Source: Psammoneis japonica (Eukaryota). Taken from it: a DNA stretch of 20,716 bases. The notes under the pieces were generated by a model, which ran no database searches, was not told the origin of the DNA, and worked only from the letters and a program-made list of their open reading frames with translations. The stretch covers positions 1,148,404 to 1,169,119 of the forward strand of contig QPGO01000001.1 of the NCBI GenBank assembly GCA_008632985.1, given 5' to 3'. Position 1 is the first letter of the stretch, and the number at the start of each line of letters is the position of its first letter. Of this stretch, positions 12,413 through 18,400 are shown piece after piece. Both the position numbers and the translations under genes were made by a program.

Positions 12413-15400
12413 GTGAATGCATCGATCTTGATTGACACAGTGACCAACGGTTACGATGGATTGAACATCGATAATGGAAAGAACGTCACGTGGAAGTACA
12501 CAGTGACCAACACAGGCAACATTGAACTTTCCAATGTTACTGTAGAAGACAGCGTAAGGGGTACGATCACCAACCTTGTTTCGGGAGATTCAGACAAAGA
12601 CGGAAAGCTTGATTTGTTTGAAACGTGGATCTTCGAGGACTACGGAATAGCACAAGTCGGCGTCTACAACAACACCGGATCGGCCGAGGCCACAGCGAAT
12701 GGAAAAACGGTGGAAGCATCTGATTCCACGTCTTATTATGGCGTGAACGCGTCCATCGGAATCGACACAGAAACTAACGGCCAAGACGGGCCCAACATCA
12801 ATGTTGGAGAACTCGTTACCTGGACTTACACCGTCACCAACCTGGGCAGTGAGCCTCTCACCAATATCACGGTTCGGGACAGCGAGGGAGGACCGGTTAC
12901 CAACCTCCTCCGTGGCGATTCAAACGGGGACGGAAACTTGGATCCGACCGAAACGTGGGTGTACGAGGCATACGGCACCGCCGATGAGGGGGTGTTCGAC
13001 AACACCGGATCGACTTCGGCCCTGCTCAACGGCCAGCCGGTCAATAATTCAGACCCTTCGTCTTATTATGGCGTGAATGCATCTATCTTGATTGACACAG
13101 TGACCAACGGAGAGGACGGATTGGACGTTGATAGTGGGGAGGCCGTCACGTGGAAGTACACAGTGACCAACACTGGCAACTTTGAACTTTCCAACGTTAC
13201 TGTAGAAGACAGCGTAAGGGGTACGATCACCAACCGAGTTTCTGGCGATCTAGACAATGATGGAAAGCTTGATGTGTTTGAAACGTGGATCTTCGAGGAC
13301 TACGGAATCGCACAAGTCGGTGTCTACAACAACACTGGATCGACCGAGGCTACAGCGAACGGAAAGAAGGTTGACGATTCCGACCCCACCTCGTATGTCG
13401 GTTTACAGACTTCGGTGTCACCTTCTGATGCTCCAACGAACGCGCCAACAGACACACCGAGTTCTCGTCCTTCATTAACACCAACAAAGTATCCGACGGG
13501 CATTCCTAGTCAGGATCCTTCAGCTGCACCATCTTCGAGCGAATCTCCTAGTAGGATGCCTGTCGCTGCCCCATCCCGAGCACCATCGGCAGAACCGACT
13601 CTGCTCCCATCCTCAGACCCTAGCGACAAACCGACTACATCACCGACGCTTTCTCCGTCCATTGGAATCGACACAGTCACTAACGGCCAAGACGGGCCTA
13701 ACATCAATGTGGGAGAACCCGTCACCTGGACTTATACCGTCAAAAACCTGGGCAGTGAGCCTCTCACCAATATCACGGTACGGGACAGCGAGGGAGGACC
13801 GGTTACCAACCTCCTCCGTGGTGATTCAAACGGGGACGGAAACTTGGATCCGACCGAAACATGGGTGTACGAGGCCTACGGCACCGCCGATGAGGGAGTG
13901 TACAACAATACTGGATCGACGTCGGCCCTGTCCAACGGTCAGCCTGTGAATGCAACGGACCCCACGTCTTACTTTGGCGTGAACGCATCTATCTTGATTG
14001 ACACAGTGACCAACGGTTACGATGGATTGAACATCGATAATGGAAAGAACGTCACGTGGAAGTACACAGTGACCAACACAGGCAACTTTGAACTTTCCAA
14101 TGTTACTGTAGAAGACAGCGTAAGGGGTACGATCACCAACCTTGTTTCGGGAGATTCAGACAAAGACGGAAAGCTTGATTTGTTTGAAACGTGGATCTTC
14201 GAGGACTACGGAATAGCACAAGTCGGCGTCTACAACAACACCGGATCGGCCGAGGCCACAGCGAATGGAAAGACGGTGGAAGCATCTGATTCCACGTCTT
14301 ATTATGGCGTGAACGCGTCCATCGGAATCGACACAGTAACTAACGGCCAAGACGGGCCCAACATCAATGTTGGAGAACTCGTTACCTGGACTTACACCGT
14401 CACCAACCTGGGCAGTGAGCCTCTCACCAATATCACGGTTCGGGACAGCGAGGGAGGACCGGTTACCAACCTCCTCCGTGGTGATTCAAACGGGGACGGA
14501 AACTTGGATCCGACCGAAACGTGGGTGTACGAGGCATACGGCACCGCCGATGAGGGGGTGTTCGACAACACCGGATCGACTTCGGCCCTGCTCAACGGCC
14601 AGCCGGTCAATAATTCAGACCCTTCGTCTTATTATGGCGTGAATGCATCTATCTTGATTGACACAGTGACCAACGGAGAGGACGGATTGGACGTTGATAG
14701 TGGGGAGGCCGTCACGTGGAAGTACACAGTGACCAACACTGGCAACTTTGAACTTTCCAACGTTACTGTAGAAGACAGCGTAAGGGGTACGATCACCAAC
14801 CGAGTTTCTGGCGATCTAGACAATGATGGAAAGCTTGATGTGTTTGAAACGTGGATCTTCGAGGACTACGGAATCGCACAAGTCGGTGTCTACAACAACA
14901 CCGGATCGACCGAGGCTACAGCGAACGGAAAGAAGGTTGACGATTCCGACCCCACCTCGTATGTCGGTTTACAGACTTCGGTGTCACCTTCTGATGCTCC
15001 AACGAACGCGCCAACAGACACACCGAGTTCTCGTCCTTCATTCGCACCAACAAAGTATCCGACGGGCATTCCTAGTGAGGATCCTTCAGCTGCACCATCT
15101 TCGAGCGAATCTCCTAGTAGGATGCCTGTCGCAGCCCCATCCCGAGCACCATCGGCAGAACCGACTCTGCTCCCATCCTCAGACCCTAGCGACAAACCGA
15201 CTACATCACCGACGCTTTCTCCGTCCATTGGAATCGACACAGTAGCTAACGGCCAAGACGGGCCCAACATCAATGTGGGAGAACTCGTTACCTGGACTTA
15301 CACCGTCACCAACCTGGGCAGTGAGCCTCTCACCAATATCACGGTACGGGACAGCGAGGGAGGACCGGTTACCAACCTCCTCCGTGGTGATTCAAACGGG

Positions 15401-18400
15401 GACGGAAACTTGGATCCGACCGAAACGTGGGTGTACGAGGCCTACGGCACCGCCGAAGAGGGGGTGGTCGACAACACTGGATCGACGTCGGCCCTGTCCA
15501 ACGGCCAAGCAGTGAATGCCTCGGACGCTACATTTTATTTTGGCGTGAACGCATCTATCTTGATTGACACAGTGACCAACGGTTACGATGGATTGAACAT
15601 CGATAATGGAAAGAACGTCACGTGGAAGTACACAGTGACCAACACAGGCAACTTTGAACTTTCCAATGTTACTGTAGAAGACAGCGTAAGGGGTACGATC
15701 ACCAACCTTGTTTCGGGAGATTCAGACAAAGACGGAAAGCTTGATTTGTTTGAAACGTGGATCTTCGAGGACTACGGAATAGCACAAGTCGGCGTCTACA
15801 ACAACACCGGATCGGCCGAGGCCACAGCGAATGGAAAGACGGTGGAAGCATCTGATTCCACGTCTTATTATGGCGTGAACGCGTCCATCGGAATCGACAC
15901 AGTAACTAACGGCCAAGACGGGCCCAACATCAATGTTGGAGAACTCGTTACCTGGACTTACACCGTCACCAACCTGGGCAGTGAGCCTCTCACCAATATC
16001 ACGGTTTCGGGACAGCGAGGGAGGACCGGTTACCAACCTCCTCCGTGGTGATTCAAACGGGGACGGAAACTTGGATCCGACCGAAACGTGGGTGTACGAG
16101 GCATACGGCACCGGCGATGAGGGGGTGTTCGACAACACCGGATCGACTTCGGCCCTGCTCAACGGCCAGCCGGTCAATAATTCAGACCCTTCGTCTTATT
16201 ATGGCGTGAATGCATCTATCTTGATTGACACAGTGACCAACGGAGAGGACGGATTGGACGTTGATAGTGGGGAGGCCGTCACGTGGAAGTACACAGTGAC
16301 CAACACTGGCAACTTTGAACTTTCCAACGTTACTGTAGAAGACAGCGTAAGGGGTGCGATCACCAACCGGGTTTCGGGAGATTTAGACAATGATGGAAAG
16401 CTTGATGTGTTTGAAACGTGGATCTTCGAGGACTACGGGATCGCACAAGTCGGTGTCTACAACAACACCGGATCGACCGAGGCTACAGCGAACGGAAAGA
16501 AGGTTGACGATTCCGACCCCACCTCGTATGTCGGTTTACAGACTTCGGTGTCACCTTCTGATGCTCCAACGAACGCGCCAACAGACACACCGAGTTCTCG
16601 TCCTTCATTCGCACCAACAAAGTATCCGACGGGCATTCCTAGTGAGGATCCTTCAGCTGCACCATCTTCGAGCGAATCTCCTAGTAGGATGCCTGTCGCT
16701 GCCCCATCCCGAGCACCATCGGCAGAACCGACTCTGCTCCCATCCTCAGACCCTAGCGACAAACCGACTACATCACCGACGCTTTCTCCGTCCATTGGAA
16801 TCGACACAGTAGCTAACGGCCAAGACGGGCCCAACATCAATGTGGGAGAACTCGTTACCTGGACTTACACCGTCACCAACCTGGGCAGTGAGCCTCTCAC
16901 CAATATCACGGTACGGGACAGCGAGGGAGGACCGGTTACCAACCTCCTCCGTGGTGATTCAAACGGGGACGGAAACTTGGATCCGACCGAAACGTGGGTG
17001 TACGAGGCCTACGGCACCGCCGAAGAGGGGGTGGTAGACAACACTGGATCGACGTCGGCCCTGTCCAACGGCCAAGCAGTGAATGCCTCGGACGCTACAT
17101 TTTATTTTGGCGTGAACGCATCTATCTTGATTGACACAGTGACCAACGGTTACGATGGATTGAACATCGATAATGGAAAGAACGTCACGTGGAAGTACAC
17201 AGTGACCAACACAGGCAACTTTGAACTTTCCAATGTTACTGTAGAAGACAGCGTAAGGGGTACGATCACCAACCTTGTTTCGGGAGATTCAGACAAAGAC
17301 GGAAAGCTTGATTTGTTTGAAACGTGGATCTTCGAGGACTACGGAATAGCACAAGTCGGCGTCTACAACAACACCGGATCGGCCGAGGCCACAGCGAATG
17401 GAAAGACGGTGGAAGCATCTGATTCCACGTCTTATTATGGCGTGAACGCGTCCATCGGAATCGACACAGTAACTAACGGCCAAGACGGGCCCAACATCAA
17501 TGTTGGAGAACTCGTTACCTGGACTTACACCGTCACCAACCTGGGCAGTGAGCCTCTCACCAATATCACGGTTCGGGACAGCGAGGGAGGACCGGTTACC
17601 AACCTCCTCCGTGGTGATTCAAACGGGGACGGAAACTTGGATCCGACCGAAACGTGGGTGTACGAGGCATACGGCACCGCCGATGAGGGGGTGTTCGACA
17701 ACACCGGATCGACTTCGGCCCTGCTCAACGGCCAGCCGGTCAATAATTCAGACCCTTCGTCTTATTATGGCGTGAATGCATCTATCTTGATTGACACAGT
17801 GACCAACGGAGAGGACGGATTGGACGTTGATAGTGGGGAGGCCGTCACGTGGAAGTACACAGTGACCAACACTGGCAACTTTGAACTTTCCAACGTTACT
17901 GTAGAAGACAGCGTAAGGGGTGCGATCACCAACCGGGTTTCGGGAGATTTAGACAATGATGGAAAGCTTGATGTGTTTGAAACGTGGATCTTCGAGGACT
18001 ACGGGATCGCACAAGTCGGTGTCTACAACAACACCGGATCGACCGAGGCTACAGCGAACGGAAAGAAGGTTGACGATTCCGACCCCACCTCGTATGTCGG
18101 TTTACAGACTTCGGTGTCACCTTCTGATGCTCCAACGAACGCGCCAACAGACACACCGAGTTCTCGTCCTTCATTCGCACCAACAAAGTATCCGACGGGC
18201 ATTCCTAGTGAGGATCCTTCAGCTGCACCATCTTCGAGCGAATCTCCTAGTAGGATGCCTGTCGCTGCCCCATCCCGAGCACCATCGGCAGAACCGACTC
18301 TGCTCCCATCCTCAGACCCTAGCGACAAACCGACTACATCACCGACGCTTTCTCCGTCCATTGGAATCGACACAGTAGCTAACGGCCAAGACGGGCCCAA

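Noticed and set aside
13403..13657. Intron or inserted mobile element interrupting the array
   Set aside because: It is in frame, stop-free, encodes a patterned peptide, recurs at a fixed position in each higher-order unit and shows no terminal repeats.
16000..16010. Programmed ribosomal frameshift or phase-variable tract
   Set aside because: This is a single extra T (ggtttcgg) absent from the equivalent positions in sibling copies, with no long homopolymer or slippery heptamer. A consensus error is the simpler explanation.
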